DNA of 53,912 nucleotides. It comes from a virus (Duplodnaviria; Caudoviricetes). Each line of letters begins with the position of its first letter. Positions within the stretch are counted from its first letter, which is position 1. Made by a program: the position numbers and the translations under genes. Shown one piece after another: positions 20,572 to 30,639 of the stretch. The notes below the pieces were generated by a model. The model was given only the letters and a program-made list of their open reading frames with translations. It had not been told where the DNA came from and made no database searches. The stretch is from IMG/VR virus record IMGVR_UViG_3300025138_000052, positions 1 through 53,912 of that record; one strand, written 5' to 3'.

Positions 20572-20760
20572 ATGACAAAAAACGCCTTACAAAAAATAGA
20601 AGATCACGAAAAACTTTGCAGAATTATGCAAAAACAAACTCACGACAAAATTCTAAAGCTTGAGACCCAAATTAATAGAGTAGAAAGTATATTACTAATA
20701 TCTGTTGGAGCCTTGATCACTGGTATGGCCAGCATGATCTTTATGTTAATCACAAAATAG
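20572..20760 (+). CDS. Small membrane protein (coiled coil plus C-terminal TM; holin-like)
   Basis: HEK.C..; hydrophobic C-terminus; precedes the endolysin. Confidence 0.5.
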   Translation: MTKNALQKIEDHEKLCRIMQKQTHDKILKLETQINRVESILLISVGALITGMASMIFMLITK

Positions 20761-20767
20761 GAGTTTT

Positions 20768-21259
20768 ATGAAACTTTCAAAAAATTTCACTAAAGCAGAG
20801 CTGTGCAAGTCCCAAACAGCTACCAGAATGGGCCTAAACAACAACCCCACGGACGATCAGACCGAAAATTTGAGATTGCTCTGTGAGAGGGTCCTACAGC
20901 CCATTAGAGACCATTTCAACCAAATAGTGAGTATATCATCGGGGTTTAGGGACCCTATTTTGTCCCGTAAGATAGGTAGCTCTGAAAAATCACAGCACTG
21001 TCGTGGCGAAGCGGCAGATTTTGAAATATTTGGAGTACCTAATCATGAGGTCAGCGATTGGATTAAACAGAATTTAATGTTTGACCAGTTGATATTAGAA
21101 TTTTATAAGCCAGGTGAACCTAACTCAGGATGGATACACGTGAGCTACTGTAAAGAAATTAATAGAAACAGAAAAGAATATTTAATGGCACTTCTAATAG
21201 ATGGAAAGGTAACTTACAAACCAGTCTCGGGACTATCCACTGATCGTTATGTCAAATAA
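20768..21259 (+). CDS. Endolysin, peptidase M15A family
   Basis: SSGFR, SQH.RGEAAD and WIHVS zinc motifs. Confidence 0.88.
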   Translation: MKLSKNFTKAELCKSQTATRMGLNNNPTDDQTENLRLLCERVLQPIRDHFNQIVSISSGFRDPILSRKIGSSEKSQHCRGEAADFEIFGVPNHEVSDWIKQNLMFDQLILEFYKPGEPNSGWIHVSYCKEINRNRKEYLMALLIDGKVTYKPVSGLSTDRYVK

Positions 21260-21812
21260 CATACTTTTACATAAACATTTAATTATTAGAGCTGAGGTCA
21301 ACAAACCGCCTTTATTAGTATCCTATTTAGAAACTTGGCTTAAAAATTTTATTGAATCTATTAAGATGAAATTATTTATGGGACCTTTTGTAAAATATTG
21401 TTCAATGCCTGGTAATAGAGGTGTTACTGCTGTTGCAATTATAGAAACTTCACATATTGCTATGCACGTTTGGGATGAAGTATCTCCTGCACTTATGCAA
21501 TTTGACGTATACTCTTGTAGTAATATTGATCCAAAAGAAATATGCAATAAGATTAAAAAAGATTTTGATATCGTTAAAATTGAATATAAATTTTTAGATA
21601 GAGAAAAAAATTTAAGAGATATAGCAGGAGGAACTTTTAAACCTTTGTCCAATTACAATGAGAAAATGAAAACGAAAAAGGAAAAGATATTGTTTAAAAG
21701 TAGAAAAGAAGTAGATATTAATGGAAACGGCACCACTGGATATACGATCAAGGAAGGTCCTCAAAAAGGAAGAGTTCTTAAACACATTATAATTCCTAGT
21801 AAAAATACTTAG
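21249..21812 (+). CDS. speD: Pyruvoyl-dependent decarboxylase proenzyme (AdoMetDC/SpeD family)
   Basis: G.T..I.ETSHI.MH.W.E..DVYSC; substrate uncertain. Confidence 0.78.
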   Translation: MSNNILLHKHLIIRAEVNKPPLLVSYLETWLKNFIESIKMKLFMGPFVKYCSMPGNRGVTAVAIIETSHIAMHVWDEVSPALMQFDVYSCSNIDPKEICNKIKKDFDIVKIEYKFLDREKNLRDIAGGTFKPLSNYNEKMKTKKEKILFKSRKEVDINGNGTTGYTIKEGPQKGRVLKHIIIPSKNT

Positions 21813-23242
21813 ATCCAATCCTTTAGTTCTTCACCCATAATTTGACTAGCGATATTTACTTTTTTCTTTAAAGCTTTAACAATCCTAGCATCTACCGTAT
21901 CTTCACAATAAATATCTATGTAAGTCATGGGAAAGTATTGTCCAATACGATCTATCCTTGCTTCTGACTGTTGACGTTTTTCAAGATCATAACCATTAGA
22001 GTAGTACACCATCGTTGAAGCTGCAGTTAATGTAATACCGTAACCACCGGTTTGAGTAGTACCAATAAAGAATCGTACCGGAGAATCAAGGTCCTGGAAT
22101 TTTCTTATATTTTCTTGACGGTCTTTCATAGGTGTCAATCCGTAATAATCTACAAAACTATTTTCGCCAAACTTTTTAGATACTTCCTGGATAATCCTAT
22201 TAACATCTCTTTGCCAGTGGGCCCATATAACAACTTTACCTTCTACTTCTTCAAGGACGTTTATTAACTCTGGTAATCGGTTAGAATCTAAATCTTTAAT
22301 AGTACCATCGTCTGCAGTAAAATGACCGCAGGTAATTTGTTGCAGTCTCATTAATTGAGTCATAACGGTAGCAGTAGTCATCATCTTACCATCCATTTGC
22401 GCCAAAGCTAAAGTCTTCATTTGTAAATAAAGTTTTTTCTGTTCTGCAGATAATGTAACTAATCGTTTTACAAAAGTTTTAGGCGGTAAATCTAAACAAT
22501 CTTCTTTTAAAACCCTATATGAAAAAGCTTTTAGTTTTTCAGAGAGCTCTGGAAGATGTTGATACCCTGTAACTATTTGAACGGATTTTCCTCCGAAGTT
22601 AGCGGTCTTCATAATAGCGTATCTGGTCCTAAACGTATAATAAGAAGTGTGTCCCAGTAATTCTTTTTTAAGAAACTCACATTGTTTATATAAATCAAGT
22701 GGAGATTTGGTTACTGGAGAACCAGTTAAAATTCTTCTATAAGCTGCATGTTCACCAAGAGCACATATATTTTTAGTTCTTTTAGCGTCTGGGTTTTTAA
22801 TAGTAGTAGACTCATCAATAGCCATCATAGTTCTATGACATCTTAAAAATCTTGCTGCAAATTCTACACCTTTTTTAGTAGAAAAAGCTTCTACATTCAT
22901 ATTGAGAATATGTAAGTCGTGCCCTGGTTCAAATAATTTATTTAATTCTTTTTGTTGTTTTTGATTAATTAAAGCTTGCCACAAAACTGATTTATGTTCA
23001 ATGTGATCTGGTAAATGTGTAGGTATTTCACCGTCATACCAATTTTTATACACACCTTTAGGTGAAACAATTAACACACCATTGATCTTACCTGCATCAT
23101 ATAACATGGCAATATTATCAATAAGTACCTTAGATTTACCTGTACCCATTTCCATAAAGTATGCAAAATAAGGTTTTTCCCATGAAAGCTCTAAAGCTTT
23201 TATTTGATGTGCGTATGGCTTAGTCTTAAATTTATAGTTCAT
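21809..23242 (-). CDS. SNF2-family helicase
   Basis: EMGTGKS, DES, LTGSP, G.G.TLT, QSEARIDRIGQ; likely ATG at 23242. Confidence 0.9.
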   Translation of the reverse strand: MNYKFKTKPYAHQIKALELSWEKPYFAYFMEMGTGKSKVLIDNIAMLYDAGKINGVLIVSPKGVYKNWYDGEIPTHLPDHIEHKSVLWQALINQKQQKELNKLFEPGHDLHILNMNVEAFSTKKGVEFAARFLRCHRTMMAIDESTTIKNPDAKRTKNICALGEHAAYRRILTGSPVTKSPLDLYKQCEFLKKELLGHTSYYTFRTRYAIMKTANFGGKSVQIVTGYQHLPELSEKLKAFSYRVLKEDCLDLPPKTFVKRLVTLSAEQKKLYLQMKTLALAQMDGKMMTTATVMTQLMRLQQITCGHFTADDGTIKDLDSNRLPELINVLEEVEGKVVIWAHWQRDVNRIIQEVSKKFGENSFVDYYGLTPMKDRQENIRKFQDLDSPVRFFIGTTQTGGYGITLTAASTMVYYSNGYDLEKRQQSEARIDRIGQYFPMTYIDIYCEDTVDARIVKALKKKVNIASQIMGEELKDWI

Positions 23243-23262
23243 AATTATTTTATTCTTTCTAG

Positions 23263-23300
23263 TTGACACAAGATATATAATATCCTATATCTATTGTCAA
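23263..23300. promoter_or_regulatory. Overlapping divergent sigma70-type promoters with an ATCCTA site
   Basis: TTGACA (+) 23263-68 and TGTCAA 23295-300 flank TATAATATCCTATA, between divergent genes. Confidence 0.65.
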
Positions 23301-23665
23301 TGACAGAAAGCAAGAAAATAGTATACGTAATCCAAGAGTTGCCTGGTACAAAAATAGGTGCTCCTAAAATTAATATTATGAGTGCGAGTAAGTATGGTGA
23401 GTTTAAATTTTTACTCCCAGAATTTTCTCAAATAATATTTTCACCGGGACCATTGATTTTTAAACTTAGAAAACTTCTACAGGATTATACTGAGAACGAT
23501 TATTTATTATTGACGGGAGACCCTGCAATCATAGGTGTAACTTGTTCTATTGTTTCTGACATGACAAACGGTAGATACAATTTATTAAAATGGGACAAGC
23601 AAGATAGAATGTATTATCCGATTGCAATTAACCTACACGAGAAAGGAAAAGTACAAGATGAATAA
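23300..23665 (+). CDS. Conserved hypothetical phage protein
   Basis: VYVIQE..DYLLLTGDP..LKWD; ATG at 23300 preferred. Confidence 0.65.
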   Translation: MTESKKIVYVIQELPGTKIGAPKINIMSASKYGEFKFLLPEFSQIIFSPGPLIFKLRKLLQDYTENDYLLLTGDPAIIGVTCSIVSDMTNGRYNLLKWDKQDRMYYPIAINLHEKGKVQDE

Positions 23666-24215
23666 TACAATAAACTTTGAGGCAGATCAAAGAGAAAATC
23701 TGGACTCAGTAAATGAAGCTGGTAGTTTAGCTGAACAAGTTGTGAAGCTAGAAAAATTAGAAGGGGAACTTCTAATGAAAGAAGGGGAATTAAAAGAACT
23801 TAAAAGAAAAATTGATTTAATTTCCTCGGAAGTCATTCCTACAATGATGCAGGAAATGAATATCTCTACATTGAAATTAGCAGACGGGACTTCGGTAGAA
23901 GTTAAACCTGTCTACGGTGCATCTATACCTGCAGATAAAAAGGAAGATGCATATACATGGCTTCGTGAGAACGGACTGGGTGATCTTATCAAAAATGAGA
24001 TAACCGTTGCTTTTGGTCGTTCCGAAGATAACAAGGCACAGCAATATGCTGTCCTTGCACAAGGTCAAGGGTATGAACCTGTCCAGAAATTAAAGGTTGA
24101 ACCCATGACACTTAAAGCACTGGTCAGGGAGCGTGTCGAGGCTGGACTTGATATGCCCTCTGATTTATTTAACTTGTTCACGAGCAACAGAACAAAAATA
24201 ACAAGGAACAAATAA
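23658..24215 (+). CDS. Conserved replication-module protein
   Basis: WLRENG.GDLIKN..V.PMTLKA; ATG at 23658. Confidence 0.65.
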   Translation: MNNTINFEADQRENLDSVNEAGSLAEQVVKLEKLEGELLMKEGELKELKRKIDLISSEVIPTMMQEMNISTLKLADGTSVEVKPVYGASIPADKKEDAYTWLRENGLGDLIKNEITVAFGRSEDNKAQQYAVLAQGQGYEPVQKLKVEPMTLKALVRERVEAGLDMPSDLFNLFTSNRTKITRNK

Positions 24216-24217
24216 CC

Positions 24218-24985
24218 ATGAATGAAGTAACAGAAAAAAAGTCTGCCTCTCTTCCAGCAAATATGTTTGAAGAAGATGCAGCAAAAGGTTTAGGCAATAT
24301 AGGTCAAGAAGACTTAGCCTTACCTTTTCTTAAGATCCTAGGACAGTTATCACCTGAAGTAAATAAAAGGGATGGTAAACATGTTGAAGGAGCAGAACCT
24401 GGAATGATTTTCAATTCAGTGACTGGAGATTTATACGATGGGGTAAAAGGCATTAATGTCATACCTTCATTTTATAAACTAGAGTACATTGAGTGGAAAG
24501 ACAGAGGAGATGGACCAGGTGCACCAGTGATGGTACACGACTCATCTTCAGATATAATGTCACAAACAAAAACAGATGCTAACTATAAAGATAGATTACC
24601 TAGTGGTAACTATATTGAAAAGACAGCGTCTCATTTTGTGATCATTCAAGGAGATAGTCCACAAACAGCTTTGATTTCTATGAAATCTACTCAATTAAAA
24701 ATTAGTAGAAAATGGAACTCAATGATGTCTGGCATAAAGCTAAAAGGTAAAAACGGTTTATATACACCGGCATCTTTTAGCCATATTTACAAACTAAAAA
24801 CTACTCAAATGTCTAATGACAAGGGAACCTGGTTTGGATGGGAAGTAAATAAAGTGGGTCCAGTTACCGATGCAAGTACCTATCAACAAGCTAAAGCATT
24901 TTCAGAAAGTATTTCAAAAGGTTCTGTGAAAGCAAAGCATGGTGAAGAGAAACCAAAGGTCTCAGAAGCAGCAAGCATTATATAA
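24218..24985 (+). CDS. Putative ssDNA-binding protein
   Basis: P.LK.L..LSP..MKSTQ.K.SRKWN..N.KGTW; upstream of primase. Confidence 0.5.
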   Translation: MNEVTEKKSASLPANMFEEDAAKGLGNIGQEDLALPFLKILGQLSPEVNKRDGKHVEGAEPGMIFNSVTGDLYDGVKGINVIPSFYKLEYIEWKDRGDGPGAPVMVHDSSSDIMSQTKTDANYKDRLPSGNYIEKTASHFVIIQGDSPQTALISMKSTQLKISRKWNSMMSGIKLKGKNGLYTPASFSHIYKLKTTQMSNDKGTWFGWEVNKVGPVTDASTYQQAKAFSESISKGSVKAKHGEEKPKVSEAASII

Positions 24986-25007
24986 TACCCTAGAGGTATG
25001 TGCACAT

Positions 25008-25039
25008 TGCGGACCGGGTGGGCGACTAAACGGTCCGCA
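25008..25039 (+). promoter_or_regulatory. GC-rich hairpin in the primase leader
   Basis: TGCGGACCG / CGGTCCGCA perfect 9-bp stem, 14-nt loop. Confidence 0.6.
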
Positions 25040-25053
25040 TAGACAGGATAGGT

Positions 25054-26694
25054 ATGGAAAAAAAGTATATAAAGTATTTTGATGGATACAGAATGGCCTA
25101 TGGAACAGCCAATCTTAAAAATGCTCAACGTGATCCAGATAGTGGAAAGTTAAAACTACCTAAAGGAGACTACGGCTGGGTTCATCAAGAGCTAACAGAT
25201 CAAATTTATGAGAAGCACCTTAGCGGAGAATTATCTGTAGGTGTACAAGCATGTAATGAAAACTCGGAAGCAAGATTTGGTGTTATAGATGTTGACCCTA
25301 AGAATTATACAGACTTTGATATAAAATTTATTATAGATAGAATACAAGAATATAAATTACCTTTAATACCAGTACTATCTAAAAGCGGCGGCATTCATCT
25401 GTATTTATTTATGAATTCTTTTATCTTAGCGACTAATATAGTTTCATTTTTAAGTAATTTACTACCAATATTTAAACTACCTCCTAACTGTGAAATTTTT
25501 CCTAAACAGACACAGTTAACCAAGGATCCGGAAACAGGGAATATAAAACCAGGACAGTTTATAAACTTACCTTATTTTAAAAAGTCAGAAAGGGTTGCAA
25601 TTAATTTAGATGGAAAACCTTTTACCTTTGAACAGTTTATAGCGGTTATAGAGAGTAATGTAGTTAGTGAACAGGGTTTAAAGGATATAACAAGCAGCAT
25701 TGAGAACAGAGACTTAGAAGGTGTTGATGAAGAATTTAATGAAGGACCCCCTTGTTTAGCCCATCTTAGTAAAATAATGAAAAGCCCAGGTTTTGATGGC
25801 AAGGATAGGTTTATGTATAATTACCATGTTTTTGTAAAAATGAAGTACCCAGATAGCTGGCAGCAAAAAGTTATGAATGCGCCTGTAAAATATTTTGAAA
25901 CGGTTCATGCAAATGCCTGGGACAAACAAACTTTAAATAGCAAAGTTAGGTCATGGGCTAAGTCTGAAAAAGGTTACACCTGTACTCAAAGTCCTATTAG
26001 TGATTATTGTAAAAAAGGAATATGTGTTAAAAAACAATTCGGTATACTGGCAGGATCTAAAGGATCATACCCCGTATTAACTAACTTAAGAAAAATTGAT
26101 ATTGAACCAGATCCAGAGTACGAATTTGATGTAACTAAACCAGATGGCATTGGTAAGGCTACAGTGTATTGTAAAAATATTGAACACCTTACTGATCAAC
26201 GTAAACGTAGAAACTCTATAGCAAGAGCTGCAGGTTTTCCTCCTCCAATAATAAAAGGAGCAGAGGATCAAACTGTTTTGGAAGCTTTATTTAATACACA
26301 AACTATTGTAAATCCACCTGTAGGTACTTCACCGAAAGAAAAATTACATGATGTAATACATGCAAAAATAAATGGACCTAAAGCTATGAACGATGCAGCA
26401 TTTAAATCTGGTACTGTATTAGTGGAAGACGGTTATGCATACTTTAAATTTGAAAAGTTTTACGACAAACTTAGATCTAAAAATTGGAAATACACAGAAG
26501 ACAAAACAGGAGTTATGATGAAAAATAATTATAAGAACTGTGGTATACAATTTTTAGAACAGAAAAGGTTTCCTACAAAAGAAAAAGGAAAATATAATAC
26601 TCCTACCAAGAATGTAGTTTCTATTAGTATAGAAGAATTTGAAGACGTAAAAATTAATCACACGCAAATTAAACATAACACGGAGATAATGTAA
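25054..26694 (+). CDS. Primase (AEP / prim-pol-like) with Cys-containing middle domain
   Basis: IDVD, SKSGG.H.Y, EIFPKQ, INLPY; PPC..C..C..C. Confidence 0.75.
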   Translation: MEKKYIKYFDGYRMAYGTANLKNAQRDPDSGKLKLPKGDYGWVHQELTDQIYEKHLSGELSVGVQACNENSEARFGVIDVDPKNYTDFDIKFIIDRIQEYKLPLIPVLSKSGGIHLYLFMNSFILATNIVSFLSNLLPIFKLPPNCEIFPKQTQLTKDPETGNIKPGQFINLPYFKKSERVAINLDGKPFTFEQFIAVIESNVVSEQGLKDITSSIENRDLEGVDEEFNEGPPCLAHLSKIMKSPGFDGKDRFMYNYHVFVKMKYPDSWQQKVMNAPVKYFETVHANAWDKQTLNSKVRSWAKSEKGYTCTQSPISDYCKKGICVKKQFGILAGSKGSYPVLTNLRKIDIEPDPEYEFDVTKPDGIGKATVYCKNIEHLTDQRKRRNSIARAAGFPPPIIKGAEDQTVLEALFNTQTIVNPPVGTSPKEKLHDVIHAKINGPKAMNDAAFKSGTVLVEDGYAYFKFEKFYDKLRSKNWKYTEDKTGVMMKNNYKNCGIQFLEQKRFPTKEKGKYNTPTKNVVSISIEEFEDVKINHTQIKHNTEIM

Positions 26695-26876
26695 TGAACT
26701 GTTGGCACTGTCAGAACGAATTAATATGGGGAGGAGATCAAGATATAGAAGATAATGAGGATTACGATATTGTAAGTAATTTATCCTGTCCAAATTGTCA
26801 TTGTCATGTTGAGGTATATCACCCCTCATCAAAATTAATTAAAGAGTATAAAGATTATGAGAAAAAACCAAAATAA
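26694..26876 (+). CDS. Small zinc-ribbon protein
   Basis: CWHC..CPNC; coupled on both sides. Confidence 0.65.
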   Translation: MNCWHCQNELIWGGDQDIEDNEDYDIVSNLSCPNCHCHVEVYHPSSKLIKEYKDYEKKPK

Positions 26877-28354
26877 TGAGCACTAGAAAAATATACGGGC
26901 CTCCGGGAACAGGGAAAACAACCAGGCTTATTAATTATGTAAGGACTTTAGTTAAGTTTGGTACACCCATAGATAAAATAGGTTACTTTGCATTTACTAA
27001 GAAAGCTGCAGAAGAAGCCATAGATAGAACTCTAGATCTATATCCAAAATATAATAGAAAAGATTTAAAATATTTTAGGACTTTGCATTCCCTGGCTTTT
27101 ACTCAGTTGGGAATGAAAAAAAGTAATGTAATGCAAGACGAACATTACGAAGACATAGGTAGAAAATTAGGGATAGAAGTTACCGTTTATTCTAATGGGG
27201 AAGAGAAGACAGGATTTGTAGATTCAGACAGTGAATATTTTAATATAATTAATGCAGCTAGAATAAAAAATATAACCATAGAAGAAGAATACAATACTGA
27301 TATGTACTCACAAGACATAGACAAGCACTTACTAAAAATTTTAAAAGACGAAGTAGACAATTATAAGGCAGCATATGGCCTGGTAGATTTCACAGATATG
27401 ATTGAAAAATTTAATGTGTCCGAATTGTGTCCGAAATATGATGTAGTATTTATTGATGAGGCACAGGATTTATCGCCAATACAGTGGAAAATGTACGATA
27501 TACTTAAGAAAAACTCAAAACATATTATATTAGCAGGAGACGACGATCAAGCCATTTATGGCTGGGCGGGTGCAGATGTTTCTAGGTTTCAAAGCGAACC
27601 AGCAAAAGACATTATCTTGCCACAATCTTACCGCATTCCAGGAGCTGTACAAGATTTAGCAAATTGTATTTTAAATAGAATCCCTGATCATAGAAGAATT
27701 AAAAAACAGTGGTCTCCCAGGCCTGAGAAGGGCTACGTTGAATATGTAACTTCTATAGAGAACTTACCCCTACACTCTGGTGACTGGCTTATATTATCGC
27801 GCACTAATGATAAACTTAAAAAATTAGCACCTGAATTAAAAGATAAAGGAGTATATTTTGAAATAAAAAACAAGAAAAGCTACAGGACTCGACTGTATAA
27901 GTCAATACAGGATTATACACGTTGGACCAAGGGTGATGACCTTTCTTTATCTGAATGTAAGGATTTATTTGAGTTTCTAGAATTAAATATAGATCTAAAA
28001 GAAGAGCGTATGTATGACTTAAAAGAGTTTGGTTGTAGTGCTACTGATCATTGGTATGAAATATTTAAAGCCGACCCAGAAGAGTGTTTATATATTAGGG
28101 AAATGATTCGCAATGGAGAAAAACTTTCTCAAGGTTCTAGAATAAAACTATCTACAATACATGCAGCTAAAGGAGGTGAAGCAAATAATGTTTTAATTAT
28201 TTTAGACAACACTAAAAAAATAAGAGAAGCAATTGATAAAAGTTTAGATAAACAAGACGAAGAACACAGGGTTTGGTACGTAGGGGTTACTCGTACAAAA
28301 CAAAACTTATACATAATGGAATCTAAAAGGGAGGACCATGGTTATGACATCTAA
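26876..28354 (+). CDS. UvrD/Rep-like SF1 helicase
   Basis: GPPGTGKTT, DEAQD, GDDDQAIY, TIHAAKGGE, YVGVTR. Confidence 0.92.
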   Translation: MSTRKIYGPPGTGKTTRLINYVRTLVKFGTPIDKIGYFAFTKKAAEEAIDRTLDLYPKYNRKDLKYFRTLHSLAFTQLGMKKSNVMQDEHYEDIGRKLGIEVTVYSNGEEKTGFVDSDSEYFNIINAARIKNITIEEEYNTDMYSQDIDKHLLKILKDEVDNYKAAYGLVDFTDMIEKFNVSELCPKYDVVFIDEAQDLSPIQWKMYDILKKNSKHIILAGDDDQAIYGWAGADVSRFQSEPAKDIILPQSYRIPGAVQDLANCILNRIPDHRRIKKQWSPRPEKGYVEYVTSIENLPLHSGDWLILSRTNDKLKKLAPELKDKGVYFEIKNKKSYRTRLYKSIQDYTRWTKGDDLSLSECKDLFEFLELNIDLKEERMYDLKEFGCSATDHWYEIFKADPEECLYIREMIRNGEKLSQGSRIKLSTIHAAKGGEANNVLIILDNTKKIREAIDKSLDKQDEEHRVWYVGVTRTKQNLYIMESKREDHGYDI

Positions 28355-28562
28355 AACATATGACAAACAAATTGGTGGAACACATTATCAGAAATATAAA
28401 ATACAACCAAGTAAATTTGTGATTGAGAACGAATTGCTATATCCAGAAGGGTGTGCTATAAAGTACATCATAAGACATAGAGACAAAGGAAAGAAACAAG
28501 ACTTAGAAAAAGCTATTCATTTTATAGAAATGATAATTGAAAGAGATTATGGAACCAAATAA
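28344..28562 (+). CDS. DUF3310 / T7 gp1.7-like protein
   Basis: QIGG.HY..IQP..IKY..R..K..DL.KA; second ATG fits the RBS spacing. Confidence 0.75.
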   Translation: MTSKTYDKQIGGTHYQKYKIQPSKFVIENELLYPEGCAIKYIIRHRDKGKKQDLEKAIHFIEMIIERDYGTK

Positions 28563-28629
28563 TCATATACCATCTTACATGGGTTTGTTTACTTGCCTAA
28601 TGATTCTTTGTTATCTACTGGCATCATGA
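28549..28629 (+). CDS. 26-aa membrane peptide (not in ORF track)
   Basis: MEPNNHIPSYMGLFTCLMILCYLLAS; ATGA overlap with the next gene. Confidence 0.4.
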   Translation: MEPNNHIPSYMGLFTCLMILCYLLAS

Positions 28630-28802
28630 AAAACGATAACACTTTTTTACAATTAAGATTAAAGCTACAGGCTGCCATTGAAAGAGTAGAGAAACTTTAT
28701 AATGAAAATCAGGTAATGAAAAGAAGATTACTTAAATATGAAAAACGTAATATGACTCATTACAATAATAAGAAAGGTTTAAATGAAAGTACCGGCGTTT
28801 AA
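28626..28802 (+). CDS. Small coiled-coil protein
   Basis: ATG at 28626, fills the gap before the polymerase. Confidence 0.5.
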   Translation: MKNDNTFLQLRLKLQAAIERVEKLYNENQVMKRRLLKYEKRNMTHYNNKKGLNESTGV

Positions 28803-30639
28803 AGCACAAACCGAGTGGGTATTACCCACCGAATTTCCTGATTTAAGAGATGTTGACGAAATTGCAATTGACTTAGAAACAAGAGATCCAGATTTAATTA
28901 AAAAAGGATCGGGAGCAATTATAGGTAACGGAGAAGTTATTGGGATAGCTGTAGCAACAGCTCATTACAAAGGTTATTTTCCTATCAACCATCACGGTGG
29001 TGGAAACATGGACCGCAAGAAAGTTCTAGAATGGTTTCAAGATATTTTAAAATCAACTTCTACTAAAATATTTCACAATGCAATGTATGATGTATGTTGG
29101 ATCAAGGCAATGGGACTAAAGATTAATGGTAGAATTGTGGACACTATGATTGCCGCAGCAGTGACCGATGAAAATAGATTTAGATATGATCTTAATAGTT
29201 TATCATGGAAGTATAATGGTTATGGCAAAAGTGAGGCAGGTTTAAGTGAAGCTGCAGCAGAGTGGGGCATAGATCCAAAATCTGAAATGTATAAATTACC
29301 GTCTCTAAGTGTTGGTGCTTATGCTGAACGTGATGCCGAAGCAACATTTGATTTATGGCAACATATGAAGAGAGAGGTAATAGAACAAGACTTGGAATCT
29401 ATTATGAATTTAGAAACAGATTTATTTCCATGTTTAGTTGATATGAGGTTTAAAGGTGTACGAGTAGATGTAGAAGCTGCACATAAACTCAAGAAAACTT
29501 TGATAGAAGAGGAGAAAGATATACTAACTGCAATAGAAAAGGAAACGAATGTTAGACCACAGATTTGGGCCGCAAGAAGTATATCAGAAGTATTTGAGAA
29601 TTTAAAAATACCTTTTGATAGAACAGAAAAAACAGATGCACCTAGTTTTACTAAGAACTTTTTACAAGAACATGAGCATCCTGTAGTTAATATGATTGCA
29701 AAAGCTAGGGAGGTTAATAAAGCACATACCACTTTTATAGATTCTATTTTACGTTATGAACACAAAGGTAGAATTCATGCAGAGATAAATCAATTAAGAA
29801 ATGCAGGGGGTGGAACTGTGACTGGTAGATTCTCGTATCAGAATCCAAACTTGCAGCAAATTCCAGCAAGAAACAAGGACCTAGGACCTAAAATTAGATC
29901 CTTATTTATACCCGAAGAAGAATGTAAATGGGGATGTTTTGATTACTCTCAACAAGAACCACGATTAGTAGTACACTATGCTTCGTTATATAAATTACCT
30001 TCCGTGTATGATGTGGTAGATGCTTACAAGGATGATCCAGATTCAGACTTTCACCAGACAGTGGCCGACATGGCGGAGATAAAAAGAACACAAGCTAAAA
30101 CAATTAACTTAGGTTTGTTTTATGGAATGGGTAAAGGTAAATTACAAGCAGAGCTAGGAGTATCTAAAGACAAAGCTGCCGAATTGTTTGATACCTATCA
30201 CTCAAGAGTACCTTTTGTTAAACAGTTGATGGAGAAGGCTACTAATAGGGCTCAGGACCGTGGACAAATCAGAACCTTATTAGGTAGACTATGTAGATTT
30301 CATTTATGGGAACCAAATAGTTATGGAATGCATAAGTCTATGACACATGAAGATGCACTCCAGGAACATGGACCAGGGATTAAAAGAGCCTACACTTACA
30401 AAGCTTTAAATAAATTAATTCAAGGTAGTGCAGCGGATATGACTAAAAAAGCTATGTTGGATTTGTATAATGAAGGTATTATACCACACATACAAATTCA
30501 TGATGAGTTGTGTGTATCAATTGAAAATGACGCGCAAGCAAAAAAGGTAGTTGAGATAATGGAACAAGCTGTTACATTGGAAGTACCAAATAAAGTTGAT
30601 TACGAGCACGGTACTAACTGGGGAACTATAAACAACTAA
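28783..30639 (+). CDS. polA: Family A DNA polymerase with 3'-5' exonuclease (Leu762 type)
   Basis: DLET, HNA.YD, TGRFS..PNLQQIP, DYSQQEPR, AKTINLGLFYG, IQGSAAD, IHDEL. Confidence 0.95.
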   Translation: MKVPAFKAQTEWVLPTEFPDLRDVDEIAIDLETRDPDLIKKGSGAIIGNGEVIGIAVATAHYKGYFPINHHGGGNMDRKKVLEWFQDILKSTSTKIFHNAMYDVCWIKAMGLKINGRIVDTMIAAAVTDENRFRYDLNSLSWKYNGYGKSEAGLSEAAAEWGIDPKSEMYKLPSLSVGAYAERDAEATFDLWQHMKREVIEQDLESIMNLETDLFPCLVDMRFKGVRVDVEAAHKLKKTLIEEEKDILTAIEKETNVRPQIWAARSISEVFENLKIPFDRTEKTDAPSFTKNFLQEHEHPVVNMIAKAREVNKAHTTFIDSILRYEHKGRIHAEINQLRNAGGGTVTGRFSYQNPNLQQIPARNKDLGPKIRSLFIPEEECKWGCFDYSQQEPRLVVHYASLYKLPSVYDVVDAYKDDPDSDFHQTVADMAEIKRTQAKTINLGLFYGMGKGKLQAELGVSKDKAAELFDTYHSRVPFVKQLMEKATNRAQDRGQIRTLLGRLCRFHLWEPNSYGMHKSMTHEDALQEHGPGIKRAYTYKALNKLIQGSAADMTKKAMLDLYNEGIIPHIQIHDELCVSIENDAQAKKVVEIMEQAVTLEVPNKVDYEHGTNWGTINN

